Assembly: GCA_048941015.1 (NCBI GenBank)
Contig: JBHLNZ010000019.1
Location: 1-47,756 of the forward strand
Source: Promethearchaeota archaeon
GTDB lineage: Archaea > Asgardarchaeota > Lokiarchaeia > Sigyniarchaeales > SOKP01
DNA: 47,756 nt
Direction of reading: 5' to 3'
Below the pieces are notes generated by a model. It ran no database searches and had not been told where the DNA came from. It saw nothing but the letters and a program-made list of their open reading frames with translations. The translations under genes and the position numbers were made by a program. This document shows, piece by piece, positions 10,645 to 20,152 of this stretch (position 1 is the first letter of the stretch; every line of letters starts with the position of its first letter).

Positions 10645-11337
10645 ATGAATTCGAAACGTATTGGTATATTAGGTGGAATGAGTTATAAATCAACGATTAA
10701 ATATTACGAGTTAATATTAGAAAAATATTTTGAGAATAAACACAACTATCATTATCCTGAAATAATTATATTTAGCTTGAACTTTCAGAAAGTGATAGAT
10801 TATGAACTAATGGGAAATAAGAATGAATACGTAAAATATCTTTTGGATGGAATTAAACGTTTAGAAAATGCTGGAGCAGATCTAATAATAATGGCGGCTA
10901 ATTCTCCACATGCTGTTTTTAATGAATTAAAAATTCGAACTAATGTGAAAATATTAAGTATAGTTGAAGCAACCGCCGAAAAAGCGAAAATAGGAAAAGT
11001 AAGGAAAGCATTGCTTTTGGGAATTAAATTCACAATGCAATCTACTTTCTATCAAGATCATTTTAAAAAGCTAGGAATGGAATTAATAACTCCAAAAGAA
11101 GAAGAACAAGATGAGATAGATAAAATAATATTTGATGAATTAGTTATTGGTCTATTTAAAGAACAAAGCAAAAAAAGAATTATAGAAATAATTAATAATT
11201 ATGATGTAGACGCTGTGATACTGGGTTGTACAGAATTACCTCTAATAATAAAACGAAAAGATCTAAAGATTAAAATATTAGATACTGTTGATATTCATGT
11301 AAATAAAACATTGAATTACTTGTTATCAAAATTGTAG
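10645..11337 (+). CDS. Aspartate/glutamate racemase family protein (first catalytic Cys absent)
   Basis: IGILGGMS, LGCTELP; AANSPH in place of PCNTAH. Confidence 0.9.
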   Translation: MNSKRIGILGGMSYKSTIKYYELILEKYFENKHNYHYPEIIIFSLNFQKVIDYELMGNKNEYVKYLLDGIKRLENAGADLIIMAANSPHAVFNELKIRTNVKILSIVEATAEKAKIGKVRKALLLGIKFTMQSTFYQDHFKKLGMELITPKEEEQDEIDKIIFDELVIGLFKEQSKKRIIEIINNYDVDAVILGCTELPLIIKRKDLKIKILDTVDIHVNKTLNYLLSKL

Positions 11338-11510
11338 AACTTTTCTACATTTGGATTCATTTATTTATGAAAATTTTAGACTCTGAAAATTTTTTTAATT
11401 CTAGAGCTTTATTTAATTATAATAAATATAATTTTTTATGGTAATAGCCTATAGTTCGCTTTAAAATTACTAAAATAAGGTTTAAGGATCTTGCCCCGAT
11501 AATATTAGTA

Positions 11511-13742
11511 ATGTTATTACTATTTGTGTCAATAGCATGTGCTAATATGCTCATTCCGAGTTATCCAGCAATCCGATTTGAATTTATGATCCCTGAATCG
11601 CTGGTTGCAATACCTGATGCATTTTTCATACTAACAAGTGCTTGTTGTGCCTTAATTTGGGGATATTTCACTGATCGTATTGATAGAACAAAAGTAATTA
11701 TTGCAGCAGCTTTTTCTTGGACAATTGGTATGATGTTAACTGCTTTTTCAATAAATTATCTTATGCTAGTTATATCAAGGATGTTTAGTGGATTGGGTTT
11801 AGGCTCTGTTCTCCCAGTTGGTTATTCTATAATCTCTGATGCTATACCTCCAGATGAAAGATCAGGATGGTTTGGAACACTTGCAATACTTAGTTCAATT
11901 TCAAACGGTATTGGGCAGGCATTATCATCTTTTTTGGGGCCAATTTTAACTTGGCGGTTCCCATTCTTCTTGCTGTCGATTATAAGTATTGTTATAGTTT
12001 TTTCCTTATTTTTTGTAAAAATACCGAGAAGAGGACTCAGCGAAGATGAATTACTGGACTTGACCGAAATGAATTTAGAATACAGTTATAGAATCTCTAA
12101 AAAAGATTTACTTGAAATTGGAAAAATTAAAACCAATTTATACTTAATCATTCAGGGATTTTTTATGATTATTCCTGGGACTATTTTGGTATATTTTACA
12201 ACTTCAATGTTAACGCTACACTTCTTTAATGAGTTGCCTAATGAGATAAGACTACAAACTGCTACGATTTTTGCTGGACTTATGGGTATAGGTTATATTC
12301 TAGGAAATATGATAATTTCATACATTAGTGATATTTTATTTAGAAAAAATAAAAAGAATCGCACTCGATTAGCTACCTTCTGTATGATAATTGCAATACC
12401 ATTTAGTATTACGATGTTATTATTTCTGCGACCTATTGAAGTAGATAGATTAAATATTATATACCCTATACCAATTCCAACAAGTGAAATTGCAAAATAT
12501 ATGTTTTTAACTATTGGAGAAGTATTTTCTGTTTATCCTACATACCTTTTATTCTTCATTTTTGCTCTAATAAGCTCAATATTAGGAGCGGGTCCAGTAG
12601 CAAATAAGAATGCTGTAATGATAGATGTTAATTTACCAGAACATCGAGGAACCATTGCATCATTTTTCAATCTTTCAGAGCAAATAGGAAAAGGGGTGAC
12701 CTTATTACTTTCTTATCTTTTTATTTCTTTCTTTTCATATTTTTCATTTCCTTCAGAAAGTAGTATTTATAATATGATGTTCTTTTCAATCTTTTTTTGG
12801 ATACCAGCAAGTATATTATGGTATCGAGCGAGTAAGACAGTAGAAAATGATATGATTCGAAAATCGATGCTCTTATCCGAAAGAAAACAAATAAGTTTGC
12901 TCGATTATATATTCGAATTAGAAGTTCAAATGGATAGAGGGATCCAAAAGATTCAAGATTCCAAGTATTATATTTTAACCGATTCAAATAAATTTAATAA
13001 TTTATTAGATGATGCAATTAAGATTTTTACTTATTGTGAAAGAGAAGGCGGTATAAGAAGCATGACAAATATAAAGAATACTTGTAATCAGTTAAATATA
13101 AAAGCACGTTCGATTAAAAAAACTGTAAATCAAATTTATGGCTTTTTAAATAATGAAGATCTATCAGAAATGGAAAAAGAACTTTATATCGCTGACTTAG
13201 AGCAAATTTTTCTTAAAATTGCTGAAGGAGAGAAAAGTACATTTGGAGAACTTCAAATTTACTATGAAGATGCTTATTTAAAAATTGTTGAAGCACGCTT
13301 ACTTCGTAAAAACGATTTAGTCAAAAGCTTAGCAAAAGTTTCAGAAGCGATTAATATTTATCAAAGGGTAAAAAATCTATTAAGCGAAAGGTTAGAAGTA
13401 ATTAATGAAAATTCTGAAATCTCTAAGGAAGATTCAATGGTCTTACAAAAAGAGAAAAATTTATTTGAAAAAGCTAGCAAATCTCTCATGGCAACCAAGC
13501 GTTTGAAAAGTGAATTTGAAGAAATATTTAATCAACTTAAAGAAAAAGGCATAAGTAAAGAAGATTTAATAAAGATGTCTGAATTAACCTTAGAATTTAA
13601 TATCGATTTTTATCAGGTTATGACGGATACCTTTGGACAAGATAAAGAAACTAAAAATGCATTAAAAAAAATAGAAAGTAGGATTGAAAAAATTTTTTAT
13701 GAATATGACCATTACAAAGAAGCCGAGCTCAAAGTTTTTTAA
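11511..13742 (+). CDS. MFS transporter fused to a ~290-aa soluble helical C-terminal domain
   Basis: MFS motif A (WGYFTDRIDR), about 12 TM, then a long charged helical region; true start may be upstream at 11451. Confidence 0.85.
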   Translation: MLLLFVSIACANMLIPSYPAIRFEFMIPESLVAIPDAFFILTSACCALIWGYFTDRIDRTKVIIAAAFSWTIGMMLTAFSINYLMLVISRMFSGLGLGSVLPVGYSIISDAIPPDERSGWFGTLAILSSISNGIGQALSSFLGPILTWRFPFFLLSIISIVIVFSLFFVKIPRRGLSEDELLDLTEMNLEYSYRISKKDLLEIGKIKTNLYLIIQGFFMIIPGTILVYFTTSMLTLHFFNELPNEIRLQTATIFAGLMGIGYILGNMIISYISDILFRKNKKNRTRLATFCMIIAIPFSITMLLFLRPIEVDRLNIIYPIPIPTSEIAKYMFLTIGEVFSVYPTYLLFFIFALISSILGAGPVANKNAVMIDVNLPEHRGTIASFFNLSEQIGKGVTLLLSYLFISFFSYFSFPSESSIYNMMFFSIFFWIPASILWYRASKTVENDMIRKSMLLSERKQISLLDYIFELEVQMDRGIQKIQDSKYYILTDSNKFNNLLDDAIKIFTYCEREGGIRSMTNIKNTCNQLNIKARSIKKTVNQIYGFLNNEDLSEMEKELYIADLEQIFLKIAEGEKSTFGELQIYYEDAYLKIVEARLLRKNDLVKSLAKVSEAINIYQRVKNLLSERLEVINENSEISKEDSMVLQKEKNLFEKASKSLMATKRLKSEFEEIFNQLKEKGISKEDLIKMSELTLEFNIDFYQVMTDTFGQDKETKNALKKIESRIEKIFYEYDHYKEAELKVF

Positions 13743-13746
13743 AAAA

Positions 13747-14037
13747 TTAATTAAATTCACGTAATAATAATTCTTTAAATTGATTTTTTTCAGTCTTTGT
13801 AAGATCGTTAACACATTTTCCTTTATGATTATAATGATCTGGACTGTCATGATCCGAAAAAAGGTTAACTAAAAGAATAAGACAGTTCCTTAATTCTAAA
13901 TTATTAGCTTTTCCATTAAATGAACTCATGATTTTAATAAGAAGATTACTTAACCAAACTTTATTCATTTGAGATCTATTTATCTCATCCTTTACCTTAC
14001 TTTCATAAAATTTTAGAATTTGAGTTATGCAATCCAT
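13747..14037 (-). CDS. Hypothetical protein (96 aa)
   Basis: ATG-started ORF with AAGGT SD-like motif upstream, convergent with the MFS gene. Confidence 0.6.
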   Translation of the reverse strand: MDCITQILKFYESKVKDEINRSQMNKVWLSNLLIKIMSSFNGKANNLELRNCLILLVNLFSDHDSPDHYNHKGKCVNDLTKTEKNQFKELLLREFN

Positions 14038-14286
14038 ATATAAAAATACCTTAATCCCGTGCTAAAATATACCAGAGAAGAGAGCGTTAGATTTTAAATA
14101 TCGCTCAATTTTGTTCCTTTTCCTACAATCACATAAAAGTTCGACTATAAAAATTTTTTTGGCGATTTTTCATATGATTTTATCGAAAATTAGATAAATT
14201 TTTATTTTATTTAATCTGACTTTAAGCAGAATCATTTTAATCAGGAAAAAAATTCAATTATTTGATATTAAACTTTAAAATCTTAT

Positions 14287-14838
14287 TTAAACTTGCACAC
14301 GTTCAATAAATTTGTTAATATCTACTTCAAGATCTATTATATCGTCAATTTCCTTTATCTCAGAACTGGCTATTTTATTTAAAAATTCTTTTAATAGCTT
14401 TTCTTTTTGTTTATTATGAGGAAAAATAAGACTACTCTTGTAATGTTCCCAATCTAAAATATTGGTAAAAATTAAAAACAAAATCTCAATATGGGAATAC
14501 TCTATTAAGGATTGAAGTTTTTCTTTTGTAATCAAAGCTTTTGTATGGTCTTTATAAAAATTAGAGAGATCATTATAATAATTAGTAAGACGAGCAATAT
14601 TATCAAGTTGAGTGTGTAATGCTGCTTGATTTATAGGGCTTTCTTCATCTCTATACATGATTTCAAAGTATGTATTAATGAAATCTTTAAGCCTTTGTAA
14701 CTTTTGTTGGAAAACCCGTGTTTTAACGATTCTTTCAAAAAGGGGATTCTCCTTCATCTTATAGAAACGAAGTTCAAACTTGACTATTTCTAAAATGTCA
14801 AGAAATAATTCCCTAATATCAATATCGTTGCTTTCCAT
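14287..14838 (-). CDS. Hypothetical all-alpha protein
   Basis: Long ORF; ATG at 14838 (MESNDID) is the likelier start. Confidence 0.7.
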   Translation of the reverse strand: MESNDIDIRELFLDILEIVKFELRFYKMKENPLFERIVKTRVFQQKLQRLKDFINTYFEIMYRDEESPINQAALHTQLDNIARLTNYYNDLSNFYKDHTKALITKEKLQSLIEYSHIEILFLIFTNILDWEHYKSSLIFPHNKQKEKLLKEFLNKIASSEIKEIDDIIDLEVDINKFIERVQV

Positions 14839-14978
14839 TTTCAAAAAGCATTTTTTACAAGTAATTGGTACTATTATTAAATAATTTTGATAATATAAAA
14901 ACCTATTATTTATAAAATTCTTCAATTATTAATAAATTTTAATTTTTAAGTTTTTTTACATTTTTCTTTTAGTATAAT

Positions 14979-15968
14979 TTAAAAATGAATTGGAAAAGTT
15001 CTCGGTGGTATAGTTGGTTCTTTTTGTTTTATCGGTAGTGCTAATTCCTTTTTCTTAACCAATTTTTTATAAGCTATTGCTTTAACATGAATTTTCATAA
15101 TTCTAATTGGATTGCGGATCATGAAACCTAAATCGTTAAAAGGAGCTACTCTTAATTTAAGGAACCGGGAAAAATAATTTCGTGCTTTGTATTGTTTTTC
15201 TTCTTTATCAAAAGAAATAAATCTTTCAATTATTTTATTTAAAAGTTCTGAGTCTCCAAAACAATAATAATTGGAAGATCTTAATGTCCATTTTAACGAT
15301 TCTAATTGATATTTAATTGATTTTAATTTTTTAAAAGGCCCAATTAATAAGGCAAAAAAAGAGATGAATAGATTCATTACAGTACTTTTGAACATTTCAA
15401 AAATTGAAATTCTAATTTTTGGTCTAAGTAAATTTCTTAAATCGTCTCCATATAATATAGTACTATTTTCAATAACATTACCTAACACTATATTTCGCGG
15501 TGCAAATATTGAAGAAAATACTTTATTTACTTGAAATATCTTATGAAAAACACCACGTTCCCAAAATTTTTGTTTTGTTAAGAAATGACTCACAAACATC
15601 CCAGTTGAATGCTGAATAACGCCCAATATATTATGAACCAGATTAGAATTTGGCTCTCTAAAATTATGTTTTATCTCTAAACTAATAAAATATTTCTCGA
15701 TTTCCTTAATATGTCTGTTTGACACTCTATTTTTAAAGATAAAAAGGAGATCACAATCAGAGATTATAGTATTTTCTTGATTGGATCTTTGACTACCAAA
15801 TAGAATAATTGATAAAATCTTATTTACGCCAATTTCTCTATTAATTAGGGTAACAATATCTTTTATGTAATTCCGAGATTGTTGATTAATATCTTCTAAA
15901 TTTGAAGATATTGTATTTCTTATTCTCTCATTAGTATCTAAAACATTGGGTTCATGCAATTTTATCAA
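14979..15968 (-). CDS. Pol-beta superfamily nucleotidyltransferase-domain protein
   Basis: IILFGS...SDCDLL (hG[S]x-DxD) motif followed by a helical domain. Confidence 0.75.
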   Translation of the reverse strand: MIKLHEPNVLDTNERIRNTISSNLEDINQQSRNYIKDIVTLINREIGVNKILSIILFGSQRSNQENTIISDCDLLFIFKNRVSNRHIKEIEKYFISLEIKHNFREPNSNLVHNILGVIQHSTGMFVSHFLTKQKFWERGVFHKIFQVNKVFSSIFAPRNIVLGNVIENSTILYGDDLRNLLRPKIRISIFEMFKSTVMNLFISFFALLIGPFKKLKSIKYQLESLKWTLRSSNYYCFGDSELLNKIIERFISFDKEEKQYKARNYFSRFLKLRVAPFNDLGFMIRNPIRIMKIHVKAIAYKKLVKKKELALPIKQKEPTIPPRTFPIHF

Positions 15969-16022
15969 GTATATAATAACAATTTTAAAATAAAAATGTT
16001 TTAAAAAAATAATTTGGGATCT

Positions 16023-18035
16023 TTATATACGATTCCCTAATTTATAACCTCTCGCAACAGCTTCCATAACAGTTTCTGGTTTCATAGCATCACCTACCTT
16101 CTCTACCTTAACATTTCCTAACTGTTTAATCTCATTATAAAGATTATCATTGGGTTCAACTCCGGTTGCATAATAGACAAAATCAACTTGATTAATAATT
16201 TGCTCTTTTTCCATTGCATCCGTGTAACTAACGTAGTTATCTCCAATTTCAGTAACTTTTGCGCTGGTAATTAATTTTACTCTTAGTGTATCACATTTAT
16301 CAAGTAAAACCCATTTAGTAGTTTTTCCTAATGCGGAGCCTAGTTTTGGTAACATTTCTAATACTGTAACCTTGTTTCTTCCCTCATGTAACATATTTAA
16401 AGCAACTTCCGGTTCAAGAGCATTATAAAAGGTCAAAAAATCAAAAGCTTCTCTACTCAAGGTTCCGTATTTTGTAATATATATAGCCAATTCTATCCCT
16501 GTAGCACCGCCTCCAATAATAACATTATTTTTGCCAATTGGAGCATCCCCGCTAAAAACATCATTAGCCCAATATACATTATCTATATCAATACCAGGAA
16601 TAGAAGGTTTTATAGGTTTTGAACCTGTTCCTACAAAGATAGCATCAGGACCAAACTCTTTAATTGTGTTTAAATCAACTTTATGTTGAAGATGGACGTG
16701 GATTCCGTATTTTTGAATCCAATAATTATAATTCTCTATCATTCTTTTAAATTCATTTCTTCCAGGAGGAACCCAAATAATATTTAATAATCCACCAATT
16801 TTATCATCTTTTTCAAAAATATGAACTTCATGACCTCTTATAGCAGCAACCCGTGCGGCTTCTAAACCTCCAGGTCCAGACCCAATTACCATTATTTTCT
16901 TTTTTTCTTCAAGGGGTTTTATTTCTGTTCGGGCTTCATTACCAGCTCTAGCATTTCTTAAACAAGTTATAGGCATCATTCTAAAAACATTATCAAAGCA
17001 TCCTTGGTTGCATCCAATACAATTCATTATATCCCTTAACTCGCCATTCTTTGCTTTAATTGGAAGATAAGGATCTGCGATCAAACCTCTACCAATACAG
17101 ATAGCATCTGCTTTACCTGCCATTAAAACTTGTTCTGCTAGTTCGGGATTATTAATTCTATTTGATGAAAATATGGGAATATTTACGTTCATTTTTATAT
17201 TTTCAGCAAGATAAGTATAACAACCTTCTGGAACATCCATTGTAAGTTGGGGTGTCTTTGTTTCATGCCATCCTCCAGTTACATTAAAATAATCTAAATA
17301 TTTCCCCAATTCTTTAGCGATAATAGCCTTCTCTTTATATGTGTTACTTCCGGGTACAAAATCATCACCAGAAATTCGATAACCAATAACAAAATCATCA
17401 ACTTTATTTCTCATTCCTTGAATTGTCTCAATCGGGAATCTTAGTCTATTCTCAAAATCTCCCCCGTATTTATCAGTTCTTTTATTGGTTTTGGGTGAGA
17501 TAAATTGATCTAATAAATAACCCGCATTAGCACAAATTTCAACCGCATCAAACCCTGATTTCTTAGCCCTCATTGCAGCATCAGCAAACGCTTGTTGTTC
17601 ATGTTTTATATCTTCTATAGTCATCTCTCTAGGTGTTGTTTTACTGAATTTACTATATACTGCTGAAGGTGCGATCGGCGTTTTTCCAATTATTTGGGGA
17701 AATGCATAGGCGCCTCCATGATATAATTGGCAACAGAGTTTTATATCCTCTCGAGCATTATGAACCTTTTTAGTGAATTCTGTTAACTTAGGAAGATATT
17801 TATCATCATCAACAGCAATCATCGAAGGTAAACCTTTTCCATAAATGTCTACATAGCAACCTCCAATAATTAATAAACCAGCACCTCCTTTAGCTCTTTC
17901 AACGTAAAAATTCGTTAACTTTTTTGTGATAAATCCGTCATTTGCTAAATTAAGATGCATCGCAGGCATTACAATTCTATTTGAGATAGTAAGATTTTTA
18001 ATTCTCAGAGGTTCAAATAATTTGAAGAACTTCAT
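16023..18035 (-). CDS. fadH: 2,4-dienoyl-CoA reductase-like NADH:flavin oxidoreductase (OYE barrel, Fe-S, FAD)
   Basis: [37 protein letters not shown]...C, two GxGxxG Rossmann motifs. Confidence 0.88.
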   Translation of the reverse strand: MKFFKLFEPLRIKNLTISNRIVMPAMHLNLANDGFITKKLTNFYVERAKGGAGLLIIGGCYVDIYGKGLPSMIAVDDDKYLPKLTEFTKKVHNAREDIKLCCQLYHGGAYAFPQIIGKTPIAPSAVYSKFSKTTPREMTIEDIKHEQQAFADAAMRAKKSGFDAVEICANAGYLLDQFISPKTNKRTDKYGGDFENRLRFPIETIQGMRNKVDDFVIGYRISGDDFVPGSNTYKEKAIIAKELGKYLDYFNVTGGWHETKTPQLTMDVPEGCYTYLAENIKMNVNIPIFSSNRINNPELAEQVLMAGKADAICIGRGLIADPYLPIKAKNGELRDIMNCIGCNQGCFDNVFRMMPITCLRNARAGNEARTEIKPLEEKKKIMVIGSGPGGLEAARVAAIRGHEVHIFEKDDKIGGLLNIIWVPPGRNEFKRMIENYNYWIQKYGIHVHLQHKVDLNTIKEFGPDAIFVGTGSKPIKPSIPGIDIDNVYWANDVFSGDAPIGKNNVIIGGGATGIELAIYITKYGTLSREAFDFLTFYNALEPEVALNMLHEGRNKVTVLEMLPKLGSALGKTTKWVLLDKCDTLRVKLITSAKVTEIGDNYVSYTDAMEKEQIINQVDFVYYATGVEPNDNLYNEIKQLGNVKVEKVGDAMKPETVMEAVARGYKLGNRI

Positions 18036-18212
18036 AATAATTTCACTTTTATAAACTTTAAATTTTTAATTTATTACGAATAAAAATTGATTACAATATA
18101 AATTATTAACTTTTATAGATTTTTTTCGGATGATTTTAAAAAATTTATCATCTAATTAATTAATAAGATAAAAAGTGGTAAGAATTATGCAAATAGTTAA
18201 TAATGGGATACA

Positions 18213-19016
18213 TTATCTAAAATATGAATCTGGTCCTCTATCTTCTCGAACACCTTTCATAAAATGTTCTGCTTGTTTTTTATAAGAGTCAATTACTTTT
18301 TCCATTTCTTCAATCTGTTTATTTAATTCATCAAAACTCATATCAATTTTGAAATATTCTTTTAATATTGTTACTAACGCTTTAGAAGCACGTGGATCTA
18401 ATGTCATCATTGGTAAAGGTATCGTTTCTGCAAGTAAGCAAATACCAGGTGCGAAACCTTTTTGACCTGCCCAGGCAGGTAAAATCCCATTAGCACCAGC
18501 AATTACACCTCCTTCCATAATTTTAGTATTTTCAAATTTTAAGAATGAATCAACAATATCGGGATCAGTTCCACATATATGAACATAAGGAATATCACTA
18601 ACCCTATCAGATACCATTGCTCCTGTGCTGACATACATCTTAATCTTACTAGCAGTGATCTTATCCATCTCTTCACAAAACTTTTGAGAAAAAGCGAAAA
18701 CGCCTTCTGGAGTTTGTGGTTGATAGTTTGCTGTCAAAATGAAAAAGTCATTTTCATTTTTGCTACTTTTTGATTTATAATAAACCTTAGCTGAAGGAAT
18801 TTCTAAATTGCCTTTTTCAACATTTGATTTAGGGGGAAAATCAAAGCATTCGATTGATAAAAATTCTTTTGCTTTAAGTGAATCTTTTATAGAAGTTATT
18901 GCTACTTTTGCAACTAATGCAATCCCTGGCCAACCTATTAAAACGATAGGATCATTCAAATCCTCAGATTTCAGTTCAAATTTTTTTTCAATATTTATTA
19001 TCAATATTCTTGTCAC
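18213..19016 (-). CDS. PAC2 family proteasome assembly chaperone homolog
   Basis: GWPGIALVAK, G.IAGANGIL, CLLAET...DPRAS, C-terminal coiled coil. Confidence 0.85.
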   Translation of the reverse strand: MTRILIINIEKKFELKSEDLNDPIVLIGWPGIALVAKVAITSIKDSLKAKEFLSIECFDFPPKSNVEKGNLEIPSAKVYYKSKSSKNENDFFILTANYQPQTPEGVFAFSQKFCEEMDKITASKIKMYVSTGAMVSDRVSDIPYVHICGTDPDIVDSFLKFENTKIMEGGVIAGANGILPAWAGQKGFAPGICLLAETIPLPMMTLDPRASKALVTILKEYFKIDMSFDELNKQIEEMEKVIDSYKKQAEHFMKGVREDRGPDSYFR

Positions 19017-19029
19017 ACTCTAATTAAGA

Positions 19030-20028
19030 TTAAAAGTTTAAAGCCTCTCCACAATGAGGGCAATATTGTAATTTTTTCATCATTAATTTTCCACAGAAAG
19101 GACAATATATACCTGATTCAGATGCTAAACCACTTTCAGTAATTGGTACCGATACTTCTGGCTTAATATAATACATTGTTCCTAGATCTTTCTTAGCTTT
19201 TAATTTTACGAATAGCGGTGTTAATAAGCAAATAAAAAGGGGTGCGAATAATATATTCATCAAATTGTAGACTAATTCAGATAATAATATCATACCATAA
19301 TTTCTTGTAGCAGGATTATACCATGAAATATCATAAGGAAAAGTCAAATCTAATATGAACTGATAAAACATATTAATTAATGTCAATAGAATAACAACAA
19401 TTAAAAATGTCCCAATTATCTTCAAAAAAGCACCTTTAGATAATCTTTTAGCTTGTTTCATCGATTTTTCATTTTTATCAAAATGGATCGTATAAATCGA
19501 GAATATATAGTATCCGAATAAGATGATACTTGGTATAAATAACAAGATTAAACCTAATGGAATAAGAACACCAAGGATAAATAATATCAATAATAACTTT
19601 TTATTAAAACTATTTTTAATTTCTTCAAATAAACTAGTTTCTATTCCATTATATTTTTTAAGGACATAAGTGCTTACTAAAGTTAGAATCAATACTGTGA
19701 AAATTGCTCCAATCATATTTTGGAGCATTAATATTCCAAAACTAAATATTAAATACTGTAGCATTAAATTAAGTTCGAATTCAGTAACACTATTTGGATC
19801 TGAATAAAAGTTTTGAACTATAGCATCCACGGTCGCACCTAGGTCGTCAAGCTGCCATAAAGCATCTGTAAATAATAATACTTTTAGGATAAGCGAAATC
19901 ATGAAAAATATTGCAAAAGGAATTATTAAAGAAGACCATAATCTAACAAATAAATTGAAACCATCAGATAAAATTTCTCCAAATCGTTTATTTGCGAATC
20001 TTGTTGAAGTTTGATAATCATCAGACAT
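19030..20028 (-). CDS. Multi-pass membrane protein with C-terminal zinc ribbon
   Basis: About 6 TM; C-terminal YCPFCG...YCPHCG. Confidence 0.8.
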   Translation of the reverse strand: MSDDYQTSTRFANKRFGEILSDGFNLFVRLWSSLIIPFAIFFMISLILKVLLFTDALWQLDDLGATVDAIVQNFYSDPNSVTEFELNLMLQYLIFSFGILMLQNMIGAIFTVLILTLVSTYVLKKYNGIETSLFEEIKNSFNKKLLLILFILGVLIPLGLILLFIPSIILFGYYIFSIYTIHFDKNEKSMKQAKRLSKGAFLKIIGTFLIVVILLTLINMFYQFILDLTFPYDISWYNPATRNYGMILLSELVYNLMNILFAPLFICLLTPLFVKLKAKKDLGTMYYIKPEVSVPITESGLASESGIYCPFCGKLMMKKLQYCPHCGEALNF

Positions 20029-20152
20029 AATTTTTATTATTTTTTTAATTATTTATAATTTTTTAAATAAAAAATATAATTTAAGGAATCATTCATTCGG
20101 AGGATTAATAAGAAGTATTAATAATTCACGATCCTAGTAATAATTAACAGAT

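Noticed and set aside
14082-14106. GAGCG...CGCTC hairpin upstream of the 96-aa gene as a riboswitch
   Set aside because: Only a 5-bp stem and no recognisable aptamer motif
14287-15968. Classical MNT-HEPN toxin-antitoxin pair
   Set aside because: The nucleotidyltransferase is much longer than an MNT, the partner lacks RxxxxH and the genes do not overlap
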